This document shows, piece by piece, positions 1 through 21,214 of a DNA stretch of 64,000 nucleotides; position 1 is the first letter of the stretch, and each line of letters starts with the position of its first letter. The translations under genes were made by a program, and so were the position numbers. Source of the stretch: the human T2T-CHM13v2.0 reference genome, Homo sapiens; NCBI RefSeq assembly GCF_009914755.1, contig NC_060934.1, one strand, 5' to 3'. A model generated the notes under the pieces. The model did no database searches, was not told the origin of the DNA, and saw nothing but the letters and a program-made list of their open reading frames with translations.

Positions 1-1099
1 CTCTATAGGATTAGGGTAGGTAAGGCGGCACCACATCTCTAGAGGGCCCATATCACAATGGACATGGCGTGAGAGCAGCTCAGAATCTGGACAAAGACCA
101 TGGAGACTGAATGTGGGGCATGTTGGTTAAAGACTGGAGATAGAACTCCTCCAGCTATGCCCAGTGATCTCTCCCTGCAGACCATGCCCACACCAACCCT
201 CCAAGATTAATATTTCCACAGCATACCCCTTTCCACCACTCAGTCCAGTCACATATCTTTTCTGAGACGTGGTCCAAACCTTTCATCATAGTGGGGAGAC
301 CTTCTGGATGTGATAACATTTACAGAGCATCACTCATTCTGAGCAGGAGGAAGAATTACTTCAGGCTGTGCAAACTGTCAGGCTCTGCCCTTTCTGGCAG
401 TTTCCTGACTTTGCTCTGAAGTTGGGCTGACAACGTTCAGGTTAGAGAAGCAATCTTCAAGGTGGGATTCCTGTTCCTAGGGCGCCTTCTTCTTACTTCA
501 CAAGAACTGCTTTCTTCCGAGGAGCTGAAACCTGAGCTTAAAGGACAAAATCATTTTACTCAGAAACTTCACTCAGGGTTCCAAATCTCAAAGAACTTCC
601 TTGTCTAAACTCTGAAGGCACTGACTATGCTGAAGGTTGGATGGTGCAGGAGTCCAAGCAACACAGTCATGCAGCCTGACCCAAGGACTTCAAGATGCTA
701 AGAAACCCCAGAATACATGACTACAAGGTGACACTCAGCCGCCCCCCACCCACTTCAGTATGATTTCAGGAATACAAGATGGTTTTAGGTAGGGTGGTCT
801 ACCCTGGCCATGTGACCTTCACCATTTCACTTGAACCCTCAGACCGTCAGTTTTCTTGTTTGTCAAGATGGAAGACAGTCACATAAAGATTGTTGTAAGG
901 ACTAAATAAAAGAGCTAATGAGAAGAAAAAAGTATTTTCAAAATACCTTATCAGCTGAGGTTAACTACTAAGCTCTGTGCCAAATTTTTTACATATGCCA
1001 AAAATGTGAAACTCAGAACCACTCCGCATGGCACATATTATTGATGGGATGTGCTATACAAAATGGGCTTACTCTGATTGAGAGCTCTAAACTGGAGGT

Positions 1100-4517
<3,418 letters not shown>

Positions 4518-4539
4518 TATTAACAGCATCCCTCTACAG

Positions 4540-4990
4540 GTGAGGACTCCTCGTCCCACGCAGGTCCATCCTCTGGCGTAGGGACTAATTCACACCCAGC
4601 TCAGCCTGGAAGCAAAGCTCGCGCCCTTCCAGGGCCAAGGCGCGCACCCCGCGCGGGGCCTGGACGCGCGCGCACGTGCCCAAACTTGCGATCCCCGGCC
4701 ACCCTCCGACTCACAGGGACACCCCGCCCCCGCTCCCACTGCCCCCGAGCCGCGCGGGACCCTGGTCCTAGCCCAAACCTCCTCAGCTCGCCTGCTTGTC
4801 ACACTCGGGCTGAATCCGCTCCCGGAGTGGTGTATAGAGCTGAAGGTTCCGGGGCGTCTCTGCAAGGAACGGAAGCACAGGGAAGCACTGCAGGAGATTG
4901 CAAAAGGCGCAGAGCACAGTTGTTGGGGACCGTGCGGGACACGTTTTTGTTCGGGACCATTCGGGACACGTGAACTGCGGGGATATGATG
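4540..4990. promoter_or_regulatory. CpG island / promoter-like element
   Basis: Dense CpG in a CpG-depleted background; gcgcgcgcacgtgc (NRF1-like plus E-box), GC boxes ccccgcccc, ETS-like cggaag. Confidence 0.75.
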
Positions 4991-5089
4991 GTTAATTCGA
5001 CCCTTGTAATGTACTGGGTTTAATAGTGCGCTTTCAAAATTCTTGTCTACCCAGAACCCTAGAATGTGATTTTATTTCAAAAAGGGTCC

Positions 5090-6280
5090 TGGAATATAGG
5101 ACTACCATGTCCTGTGTGATGGTATATCCAGATGTCTATGGTCTTTACCTGGGTGGCTCAGGTCCCATCAGCTGGACCCAACATCTGTTGATGCCAACGA
5201 TATTCATTGTGAAGGGTCCTTTTCCATGGGAGCCCACGTGAGTGACAGAGGTAAGCATACTGGACTACCTGCTGTTATAATGTACCACCTGACAGGGTTT
5301 TGGACTTGTTCCTGCGTCCAGGTCTTGGACCACTTGCCATCTTGTTGGCTGTTACCCATAAGTCAGTGAAAATGTAGCAAGATGCATTTTAAGGTGTGCC
5401 ATCCAGGACAAGCCCCATGACCCACAACTCTGCCCATTGGTTGGAGTTTTCTTTTTCATGTAAAATTTGTAACAGTTTTTCCTGTAGTCGTACAGCCATA
5501 ATGCCTCAGTACACCCCTTAGCCGTTAATTCAGTTAATCTGTTAACCCAGTCTGGGCCTCCTCGGGGACTTCAGTGTACCAGCACCCAACAGACTCCAAC
5601 CTCTGGGCTACCCACATTTGGGAAAGTAACTGGCTACCTTTTTATGTATGAGAAAGGTGTGATTGAGGCTTAGGTGACTATAGTTTGTACATTGACCAGG
5701 CACTGACATTTGTAGCTCTAAAGGCTTATTAGGACTAATTGGCCTGAGTGGGAGAGCAGTCTGTACAGCTTGTTGAACAGTGAAGCACTCCTGTCTCTAC
5801 CAACTCTTTAATAAGGTTATTAATCTTCTCCTGCATTTATTGACTGACATTACATGGCTGGGCTAGGGAAGACTGCCTGTGCACTTGTCCCAGTATCCAT
5901 TGTAATTGTGTAATTTCTACTCTGGGAACATCCCTTACAATTCGGAGAAGTATTACACATAATGAAAACATCAATTTTTATAATAGATTTAGCATTATCA
6001 GTTACAGACACTTGAGTATATGGATGTCCATTAAATATTACCTGGTTCAGTTTCAAAGGCTGGAACAGCAAAACTCACCTGAAGAATTCAATGAAGTCAA
6101 TCTACCAAGAGTATGTGCAGCCAACCACCACTCCACCAACTGTGGTCTTGCCTCTAGTACTATGTTGCACACCATTGTATTTTGGAAACAGATTGTTTTT
6201 TTGAGTTTCACAGGTTTGTAGACAGAGAGGAATTTTACCCCAGGATGGACCATGACTGATTAAGATGATTTACAAGATTG
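5090..6280. mobile_element. Decayed ERV internal sequence
   Basis: Retroviral-like composition, no intact ORF. Confidence 0.35.
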
Positions 6281-6284
6281 GATT

Positions 6285-6912
6285 TAGGAGTTTTTGAATT
6301 TATTATATTTAGATAAGATGCTGGGGTTAGAGTTAATGCTGTAATGGGTTAAGATTTGGGGGCATATTGGGAAAAGGTGAATATATTTTGCACATAGGAA
6401 GGATATGAATTTTGGTGGGGGTTGGGGGGCAGAGGGCAGGTTGTTGTGGGTCGAATTGTGTCCTCCCAGAAAGACATGTTCAAGTCCTAACACACGGTAC
6501 CTGTGAATGTAACTTTATTTGGAAATAGGGTATTTTCAGATGTAATCAAGTTAAAATGAGGTCACAGTGGATTAAGTAGGCCCTTTTCTAATGACTGGTG
6601 TCCTTATAAGGTGATGGAAATGTAGACATAGAGATACATTGGGAGGACACCATTTGATATGGAGGCAGAGATTGGAGTGATGTGTCTACAAGTCAAGGAA
6701 TTGCCAGCAACAAGCTAAGCATTGCCAGCAACAACCAGAAGCTAGGAAGAGGCAAGAGAGGATTCTCCCCAGCAGGCTTCAGAAAGAACATGGGCCTGCC
6801 ACATTCTGGAGGCTTACACTCTAGCCTCCAGAACTGTGACAGAATAAATTTCTATTGTTTAAGCCACCCAGTTTTAGGTACTTTGTGATGGCAGCCCCAG
6901 GAAACTAATACA
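6285..6912 (+). mobile_element. MaLR MLT1C-like LTR (6442-6912) with adjoining internal fragment and polypurine tract
   Basis: tgttgtgggtcgaattgtgtcc...gcagccccaggaaactaataca; purine tract ggggggcagagggcagg immediately upstream. Confidence 0.8.
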
Positions 6913-7269
6913 AATGGCAAAGGGACTCCAGGGCATACACCTTGGGGCACCAAACCTGGAAGGCCCTAGCAAATAGACCATACAGATGATCTACCCTCTT
7001 CTTGAGGATACTACCAGCATTGACTGTGCTAGAAACCTTTTTTGGGTATGGCACAATTCCTATCTATGTGGCAGATGCAGGCCATACCACTCAAGAACTC
7101 TTGAGTGGACCATGTCACATGCTTAAATTTCCAAACATATCTAGTCAAAGAATGGTGCCAAGTTTACAGCCAAGAATACCTAGCAATAGACAATTCTCTG
7201 GATATTCACTGGTCATATCATGCCCCATCTTATTCCCAGGAAGCAGTAACCATTAAGAGATAAACTGTA

Positions 7270-7540
7270 CTGTTAAAGGAGAGCATAAAAAGCTGAACCC
7301 CTCTCATACCATATACACAAATTACCTCAAAATGGATATATAATCTAAATATAGGAGATAAAACCATAATACTTTAAGAAGAAAATATAGGGGTGAATCT
7401 TCATGATTTTAGATATGGCAGTGTGGTCTTATATAGGGCACCAAAAGTGCAACCAGCCAAAGCAAAAAATAAATAAGATTTTGTCAAAGTTAAAAACTTT
7501 TGTGCATCAAATGATGTTATCAAGAAAGTGGAAAGAGAAG
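7270..7540 (+). mobile_element. Old L1M ORF2 fragment
   Basis: A-rich L1 ORF2 3' homology. Confidence 0.65.
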
Positions 7541-7559
7541 TGACAATTCACTTCCTGAA

Positions 7560-10400
7560 ACATTTGGCTTACACAATAAAAAACAGGTCAAGAATGGATG
7601 GGTTGACATTAGGTGGTGTAATGGAAAAATACTAACAGTCTCTCACCCAGTTTTCCTCCTTGAACCAGTTCTGAGATCCAGAGTTTATGGATGGAAGGGA
7701 AGGAAGAATCTTTTTGAGGGCCTCCCAAAGCCATAGCAATTATATACAATAGCTAGTCCCTTAATATTCCTCCCAAAGAGACTTTTTTCTTTTAAGACAG
7801 AGTTTTCCTCTTGTTGCCCAGGCTGGAGTGCAATGGCATGACCTCGGCTCACCGCAATCTCTGCCTCCCGGTTCAAGCAATTCTCCCGCCTCAGCCTCCC
7901 AAGTAGCTGGGATTACAGGCATGTGCCACCACGCCCAGCTAATTTTGTAGTTTTAGTAGAGATGGGGTTTCTCCATGTTGGTCAGGCTGGTCTTGAACTC
8001 CCTACCTCAGGTGATCTGCCTGCCTCGGCCTCCCAAAGTGCTGGGATTATAGGCGTGAGCCACTGTGCCCAGCCTCCCAAAGAGGTGTCTATGCATTTAC
8101 CAGAGCAACAGTACACTGGCAAAAAAGGAATATTAGAACTTTGGAATGTTTAGAGTATAATCTGACTGAAACCAAGGAACCCAAAATGCCACCATTATGC
8201 ATGTTCTGAATGTACAAAGGCCAGATGTTAGAGTCCTCATCCAAGTCCATCTTAAAGTCCAGAGTATACAGATATGTCCTGCGGTCTTTTACTCAGCCCT
8301 TGAGTGAATAATTGGAATGGATAAACTTATTAGGCGCCAGAGCCTTCACGCTGTCTCCTGGACTTGTGGAGTAAGAGCCACCAATTGTAGTTAAGGCCAC
8401 TGATGCCAATTAAGATTTCCGTCTCCCTGGCTAAATTGGTAAATCAGAAGCAATATCAATCTCAGAATGGTAACAATCATAGCTATTGTGCTAATTGTGC
8501 TTTTACTAGAAAAAATAATAATCTCTGGAGCTTAATATGCAGCTATTAAACTGCAAAAGGATCCTTTTCAACTTCCCTGAAGAAGACTCAAATGCAGTTC
8601 ACTTTGTTCTAGACTAGATAGCAGCATATATTGTCTCGTCCTAGTCTTGCTAATTTTCCTGCCCTCTGTCACAGTGTAGTACACAGTGAGTTCCACAAAA
8701 CATCATCCTGGCCACTACATGGATGGCACATCAATGGAACCCGGTGAGGAGAAAGAGGCAAGTACTCTGCTTACCTTGGTAAGATAAGTGTTTGGTAGAG
8801 GTTGAGAGAAAAACAAAAAACAAAACAAACAAACAAAAACACCTATGTCAGCATTTTGGTGTTTGGTACAAGGTTGGACACTTACCCCACCGTTAAGATC
8901 AAGTTATTATACAATTTGCGTCTCCTGCCGCCAAAAAAAAGGAAAGGTATTTGGAAGGTCTGTTTATACATGGGGAAAACACCTACTACATTTGGGAATA
9001 TTGTTTTGTCCCACTTACTGGGTGCCTTGGAGGAAGGCCAGTTTTGAGTGGGGCCCACAGCAGGAAAGGGTTTCATAGCAGGTTCCATCTGTTGTCCTTC
9101 ATCCAATGGCACTGAAGTTCTCAGTGGTATAACATAACACTGTGTGGGGTTCTGACAAGCCAAAATAGACCAGTAACAGCACAGTCCTCTAGGATTCTGG
9201 AGCAAAACTATGCCATCTGCAGCAAAGAACCTCTCATTGTTTCAAAAGCAGCTCCTGTGTACTACTTGATCCTAGTACAAACTGAGCAGCTGACTTAGTG
9301 TAATCTATTGACTATGTGACTACAGCTGCCCATGATGTGGGGTTACTGTCAGACTCACACCAAATCATAAAACAGGCAGGGAAACAACAGTTTATTGTGC
9401 AACAAAAATGGTGCATTGGGAATTGGGCCTGAACAGGTCTCAGCAACTTAGTAATTTATATAAATAGGTGACCCATGGCACTTACCTCTGTCATATGACT
9501 ACCTCTACTTCAATTCATGTACAGAGTTCAATAGAGATCTTTCTCTCTCAGCCAAGAATGAACACTCCATGGAGTATTCCCTGTGACAGAGTATCAGAGG
9601 AAACTCCTGGGCCTGGTTCTCTCACATTGCTGTCTTCCATGGCCACTAAAATTCCACTCAGGAATGTCCCTGAAAGATGGTGATGATGGGGAAATCCTCC
9701 CAATGAACAGGACTTCAAATCACACACTTGTTTATTATTATTTGTGGCAAGAAAAGTGAGCTAAGGTAATACCCAGATTCTTGAAGATTGGTAAATAGAT
9801 TGATTGGTTGGAACAGGATTGGAAGACTGGAGCCAAGGAGGTCTTGTAAAGAAGAAGGGGGTTGGATATCTGGTAGTGCACACAAATTGTGCAGATCTTT
9901 GAGTCTTTTGTTAATGTCCATCAAAGAGCAGCTACCACAGAAGCAGCAGTGGACAGAGTCATTTATCCAGTGGCTGTCAGCCTAGGTCCCATGAGTGTTC
10001 ACACAAGCCCAAGAATGGAGTAGCCATGACAGCAGGAAATGGGCACTATACCTGGGCCTGACAACATGGGTTTTATCTCACTAAGGCTGATCAAGCTCCT
10101 GCTAAATATCTGACTTTTCACAAGTAGAGATCAATGCAGAGCACTCAATATATTACCATTTTTTGCAGAGATCAATCAGATTCTTTTGGCAGGATGATTT
10201 CACGGGAATCCTTCTACTCTGGAAAAACAGTGAATTGTTCTATTTGGAATTCAAATATATTCTGATTATAGGTTGTTTTTATGCCCACAGTGCCTCTGTG
10301 TTTCATGTCATTCCCAAATTATGTGGGAGAGGGTTAACATCCAGGCTGACAGCAGGGAAGTAATGTGGAATAACTTGTAGAGTAGGCAACCAACAACATC
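7560..10400 (+). mobile_element. ERVL internal (pol) remnant
   Basis: ~9184-9295 reads SPLGFWSKTMPSAAKN..KQLL..LVQTEQLT, resembling the ERVL RT/RNaseH connection motif PLGFWSKALPSSADNYSPFEKQLL. Confidence 0.7.
7783..8074 (-). repeat. AluSp
   Basis: Full dimer, TSD tcccaaagag. Confidence 0.9.
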
Positions 10401-10958
10401 AGCTCCAATAGCCTACTATTTAGTTCCAAGACAACCCAGTAAAAATTAGAAAAACAAGAAAAAAGTGCTATATGCATTATATGACTATATAATGCAAATA
10501 ATTAAAAATGTAGACATAATCTTGAGGTTGCATAGTTTTAATGTAATGTATGTTTATACATGAATCATTCCATTGAAAAAATAAGAGCATGAAAGATCAG
10601 TTTAGTTTTTTAAACAGTACTACTTTTTGTTTTATGGATTTCAAAGTATAATATAGTTTACAGCTGCTTTCTTTCTCAAAATTCATTTTGTAGGGTTAAT
10701 AATTGTATTCTACCTTTGTGTATTTTATGAAAATTTTTATTTACATGAACTGAATAAAGAGGCATTCCATGTTTATGGATTAAATAAGGCTGAATATTGT
10801 GATAATGCACAAAAGTTTTAATTTTGTTGATGTCCAAATTATTCATTTTTTTTCCTTTGGTAGCTCATGTTTTAGGTGTCATGTCTAAGAAACCAAAACA
10901 ATCTTGAAAGAGAACAAATTTGTAAAACTTATACTACTTGATTTTAAAGTATACTATA

Positions 10959-11407
<449 letters not shown>

Positions 11408-11947
11408 TCACTGGTCAACTGATCTTTTTTCCTGTTTTGCTTTTGTATGTATGTTTTTCGGTTTTTGGTTTATTTATTTATTTATTTATTTTTGGTCAAC
11501 TGATTTTTGACAAAAGTGCCAAGATACTTCAAGAGGAAATTAAATTTGGCATTAAAACAAATTGTATGTCCACAAATCATGTTGGGACAATTGTATATCC
11601 CCATGCCAAAAAAAAAAAATAGTAACTTAGACCTTTACCTCACACAATATATGAAAATTAAAGCAGAATGAATCAAAGACTCAGATATAAGAGCTAAAAG
11701 TATAAAATTTATAGAAGAAAATATAGAAGAAAAATCTTTGTGACCACTGGTTAGACAAAGAGTTCTTAGACAACAAAGCACAATTCATATAAAAAAAGTA
11801 AACTAGATTTCATTAAAAGTGACAGCTATTGTGATTCAAAAGATAACATTGAGACAATGAAAAGATAAGCCATATATTAGTAGAAAATATTTGCAAGTAA
11901 TATTTCTGATAAGTCTCATAATTTGAATATATAAAGACTTACAACTT

Positions 11948-12247
<300 letters not shown>

Positions 12248-12299
12248 CATGCAAAAGACTTGAATGAGACATTTATCAAAGAAAATATACAAATGCAAG

Positions 12300-12628
<329 letters not shown>

Positions 12629-12823
12629 TCACTAGAGAAGTACAAATTAAACATACAATAAGATACCACTACATAATTACTAGAATAGTTATTATAAAAA
12701 CAGACAATAACAAATGATGTTGAGGATATGGAGAAACTGGAACCCCTACAATATGGATGAAACTAAAACAATCATTTTGTTAAATAAAAGGAGTTAGACA
12801 TACAAGACTAAATATTTATATGA

Positions 12824-13047
<224 letters not shown>

Positions 13048-13940
13048 AAAGACAATTTTATAGACACAGGGCAGATCAGTGATTGGCTGGGAGTTAGAGT
13101 GGGGACTGACAGCATATTGGCGTGAAGGAATGTTTTTGGGTGATATAAATGTAAAATTGGATTGTGGCGATGTTTGCACAACTCTTAAAATTTAATATAT
13201 ATCACTGAATTGTACACAGTGGATGAATGTTAAGTTACATAAATTATATCTCAAAAAAAAAAACTGCTAAAAAGCCAATGGAGACTGCTTTGAGCAAAAA
13301 TGCCCTCTACAGAGTAATTTTTCAGACTCCATAAACTTATTGTTAGGTGGAGAGGGCAAACATTTCAGGAAGAGCTCAAAAGGTGTCTGCTGAATATCAG
13401 TATCAACTAAAATGGTGTTTTATGGTAATCTAGAAAGATAAGCCATTTTCAGAAGTGTCTTTTTTGATAACCCCTTCTCAGTGCTTTCAAGGGACAGGGC
13501 AATGAAGATCTTTTTCTCTCAGGCAAGGTAAAACATAATTATAGAACAACAGATAATTTATTAGCTTACTCATCCAAAAATGTACCCAAGTACACACAGC
13601 TGATGGCATTCAGCCTCTCTCTGGTACCTTTATTGTAAAAAAGTTTCTTCTCAGAAAATATGAACTCTATAACATCAGCTGTGTTGACTGAGAAGCCTAG
13701 AGGAACAGGATACTAGCCTGTATTCATCTCTTTACAGGTGACTAACACAGATAGGGGAAGGAGTTATATATTTCTCAATAAACAAATATTTGCTCTGGAC
13801 TAGAACAAGGGAAAAATTCCTCCAGCTTAGTTTACTAAGAACACCTGAAGTTTTAGGACACTACTTCCACTCTAGTAGGAAGTGGATGAATGAACCACAA
13901 GCTTTATCTTTTCTTTCAATTGTACTTAAAACCTGCCTGG

Positions 13941-14899
<959 letters not shown>

Positions 14900-15000
14900 G
14901 TGTACTAGAAGTGTAGTTTAGCTCTGACATGACAACAGTCAAGTTCCCACCTTGGGGCTGAAAAATGGTCTATGTTTTTGTTTCTCTTATACTTTGTTAT

Positions 15001-15001
15001 T

Positions 15002-15034
<33 letters not shown>

Positions 15035-15303
15035 AGACAGAGTCTCACTCTGTCTCCCAGGCTGTAGTGCAGTGGTGCGATCTGAACCTGCTTCCCGGGT
15101 TCACGCCATTCTCCTGCCTCAGCCTCCCAAGTAGCTGAGACTGCAGGCACCCGCCACCACGACCGGCTAATTTTTTTGTATTTTTAGTAGAGACGGGGTT
15201 TCACCATGTTAGCCAGGATGGTTTCAATCTCCTGACCTCGTGATCCACCTACCTCGGCCTCCCAAAGTGCTGGGATTACAGGTGTGAGCCACCGTGCCCG
15301 GCC
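15001..15303 (-). repeat. AluY
   Basis: AluY diagnostics, long tail. Confidence 0.9.
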
Positions 15304-16239
15304 TTTGTTATTTATTTCCACAATATGTTAATGGTCATTTATTATGCTAGATGTGAATACACTGATACAAAAATGTGAGTAAAGCCTTGGCAGTTTTAGC
15401 ACACTATTACTTTCAGGTATATTCGTTTTCAGGTATACTCTTTTGTATGGGACTTTTTCTGTTTTTCATATACCAATTGAAGAGGTGGAGATTAGCTTCT
15501 GGCTTATCTGATGAACTTGAAATAGCCACCCCACAACAGGGAAGTGGGAGACAGATGGATTTCAGTGGGATGTCATTATGAAAAGCATATAACCTTCTCC
15601 AAATAATTAAAAGCAGCAACAAAAGACAAAAAGAAGAAAGCCATTTGAATAAAAATTAACCTTATAAATGCAATAAACATTTTAATTCCTTTAACAACAA
15701 AAGGTTGGGAGCATGTTGAAAGAACCCAGAAGCCAACCTGAAAGAGCTCTCTCAAGCAGTCTCTAAGCAGCAGTGACTACTGCAGCTATTGGCTGGTAAG
15801 AACAAAGCAAGCACAAATGGACTGAAACAGTTTATGCCTTACATAGACCACATACGCAAGATCACCATAGTGTCAGCTGCCTTTATCTCCTCTCCCACAG
15901 GATGATACCAAGAATAAAAGGGCCATAGGATGGGCAGCATGAGTAGCTGGGATACTCTCTTGCAGAAGAGCTAATTCTAGACCACAGTTAAGTGGTTTTA
16001 TAGCTTGCAGATCTACCCATGGAGGAGGGTGACAAGGTACAAAGTCTCATGCCTGGGACCAGAGAGGCAGATGAGAAACTGCCTCCCACAAGATAGGGAG
16101 GTGAATGAGATGTAATTTCATGATAGCTCCTCACTACCTGCCAAGACACAGGTCAGCCTGCAGTTGAGCCTGTCCTATGTGGCCATGTATGGAGACATGT
16201 AAGACTGCCAGGGTGCCATCATGGAACTGTTTCCCTATA

Positions 16240-17012
16240 AACTTCCAGTGGCCAAAGCTGAAACAAACTGAGCAACAAAAGGAGTAATGTCAAGAATAAA
16301 ATAAATATCCATGAGGCCACATTGACATAAATGGCTGAATAAACAGATAAACAAATGAGAAAGAACAAACCTTCCTTTTGGAAGACTAGAAATAATATAT
16401 GTATTTATCCCCACTCCAAGGGGTGAAGCTTAACTCTTCATGCCTAGAGTATGAGCTGGACTTAGCAACTCACTTCCAAAAAATAAGAGTATGGAAAGGA
16501 AAACACTGTAACTTTACAGGTGAGAAACCAGACAGACACCACCTTAATCAAGTGATCAAAGTTAGCACCATCAGCCAACAGTCATGTTGGTATCATGCAC
16601 ACCATCATATGATGCAATTAGGGTACCTAATCTCTGTGGTATTATTCCCCAAATTCCATAACCCCAGTATGATTGTAAGAAAACATTAGGCAGTCACAGA
16701 TTGAAAGACATTCTACAAAACATTTGACCAGTATTCTTCGTAAGTGCCAGGGTCTTGAAAAAGACAGAAAAACTGATATAACAACTAAACACAATGTGGC
16801 ATCCTAGACTGGATGCCAGTCTACAGAAAAACACCATTAACAGAAACTGGTGAAATCCAAACAAAATTTTTCATTAATAGTGTTGTACCCATGTTAATTT
16901 CTTATTTTGACGTATATGCCAAGGTTGTATATAATGATAACATCATGGGAACTGGGTGAAAGGTGTACGAGAAATCTATTATCATTGAAACTTTCTCTGA
17001 ATTTAAAAATAT
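16240..17012 (+). mobile_element. L1MC/L1MD-type 3' end
   Basis: Typical 3'UTR motifs (aaactggtgaaatcc, actgggtgaaaggtgtacgagaa). Confidence 0.65.
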
Positions 17013-17013
17013 T

Positions 17014-17304
<291 letters not shown>

Positions 17305-17382
17305 TTATTCAAAAATAAAACTTTTATTTCAATAAAGCAGATGGAAACATAAACAAACACAAATAACAATAAACACAGATTC

Positions 17383-17388
17383 TTTATT
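17383..17388 (-). terminator. Candidate poly(A) signal of the ZNF pseudogene
   Basis: AATAAA followed by a GU/U-rich element (tgtgtttattgttatttgtgtttgttt), ~0.7 kb past the finger array. Confidence 0.45.
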
Positions 17389-18049
17389 AAAGATGTGGTT
17401 CGATACCAATGGCCAATACCATCTAATTAGGCCAAAAAAATGTTGAAGAAAGGGTATCAAATATAACATTTTACATTTGTCAGATAAAATAAATAAAAGT
17501 GTTGAAAGATATTAAGGCAAAGTGGTGTGGAGAATTCAGTGGGTCTAGTTCTAATGATTATATTAAGGGCAAATATATTCATTCTATACCCACTTATTCT
17601 GGAATCACATATGCAAATCCAATATGTGCATAATTCCTGTGATGCAACATATGCATATAGATCTCAGAGACCTTATATGTTTATTTCTATTTTCTTGATC
17701 ATTAAACTTATCCAAATTTTAAAGGATTTCCTACTTTTCCGTGTATATATGCGTGTACACATATACATATAAGAATGTTGGCTTTATGCTATAAAATATT
17801 TCACATCACATCTGATGCAAAAACTGTGATGACATTTCTTTTTAATATGTTTTTCCACGTTAAGATCCCTAAAAATGGATTCTCAGATGTATAATTTTTT
17901 TAAATCTTGTCAAATGTTAATACCAACTGTCCATAAGGTTTAAATCCTAGACTAATAATTTGATGTACAAGTAATTATGCTTATATATACAAGGTTTTTT
18001 TTATTGATTTGTTGATTATGATTATTTGATGTTCACGGCTGCATTTCAT

Positions 18050-19912
<1,863 letters not shown>

Positions 19913-20184
19913 CTAGAATAGAAGAAAATTAATCACATCTGGTGAATTTTACGTTTGTTATGAATTGGTTATACAATTGCACTTAAATGTGGCTAAGCTT
20001 TGGCTTCAAATACATTTCTCTCAGGAAGAAAATGCAAATTCTTCTTAATTGGTTATAGTCTGTCTATTTGATTAACTGATATATCTAACTATGGGAAATA
20101 ATATTTTGTAATAATAAAAGGGGGGGAAGCAAGCAATAAATAGAAATACCTGTGGTGTTCTCCAAACACAAATCTTTATAATAC

Positions 20185-20479
<295 letters not shown>

Positions 20480-20994
20480 AAATCTTTAATACTTGTAAGG
20501 AATAAATACACCAAATGATGATCTATCGTTGTGTCAAGACTAGGTTCACAGCTTTTTATGAGTGCTGATATAGTCATCTTAGTCTATCAGAGTTGTTTAG
20601 TAATAAGCCAATCCTAATCACCAAATCCCATTTTCCCCCTTTCAGTATTCTAGGTTACCTTTTTTTTTTTTGCAAAAAAAGTATTTGTAAAATAATATTG
20701 TTTAATTCGATTTTACATCTTGGTTCACACATCTGTAGTTTCTACCATTTTGGGGGAGAACAGAAAAATATCTCTCCCTCAACTGGCTCCTCCATCAATC
20801 AATTAGAATATCAGTTACACATAAACATTAGGAAGACAAAAATAGAGGCAGTTATATAGCAGAATTATAAGCAAGGTGAGAAAAAGAAACCTCATGCATC
20901 AACAAATATAGTTTTTTTTTTCTAGAGCCCCTAACTGCAAATGGAAGATAAGAAAGGAGAGAATTATAACATCTAATAGTAATTAAGTCTAACT

Positions 20995-21110
20995 GATTTA
21001 ATCCTCACAACCCTTTGAGATAGGTTATATTATTATCCCTGTTTTACAGATGAGGAAGCTAAGGCATATAAAGATTAAGAAACTTGTCTAAAGACATACA
21101 ACTTAGAGTA
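20995..21110 (-). repeat. MIR
   Basis: MIR core ttttacagatgaggaagctaaggc. Confidence 0.7.
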
Positions 21111-21214
21111 GTAAAGAATAGTTTCTTGAAAGCAATTGAAGTTAAACATTCAAAGTATCTGGGGACGTAAATTACGCTTTAAACAAAGATCTAGATATGT
21201 TTCAGGAGGCTTCA

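Noticed and set aside
4590-4973. Arg/Pro/Gly-rich ORFs on both strands
   Set aside because: Expected by-product of stop-poor CpG-island sequence
16399-16689. ORF containing TGEKP
   Set aside because: Chance motif within an L1M 3'UTR; no C2H2 spacing
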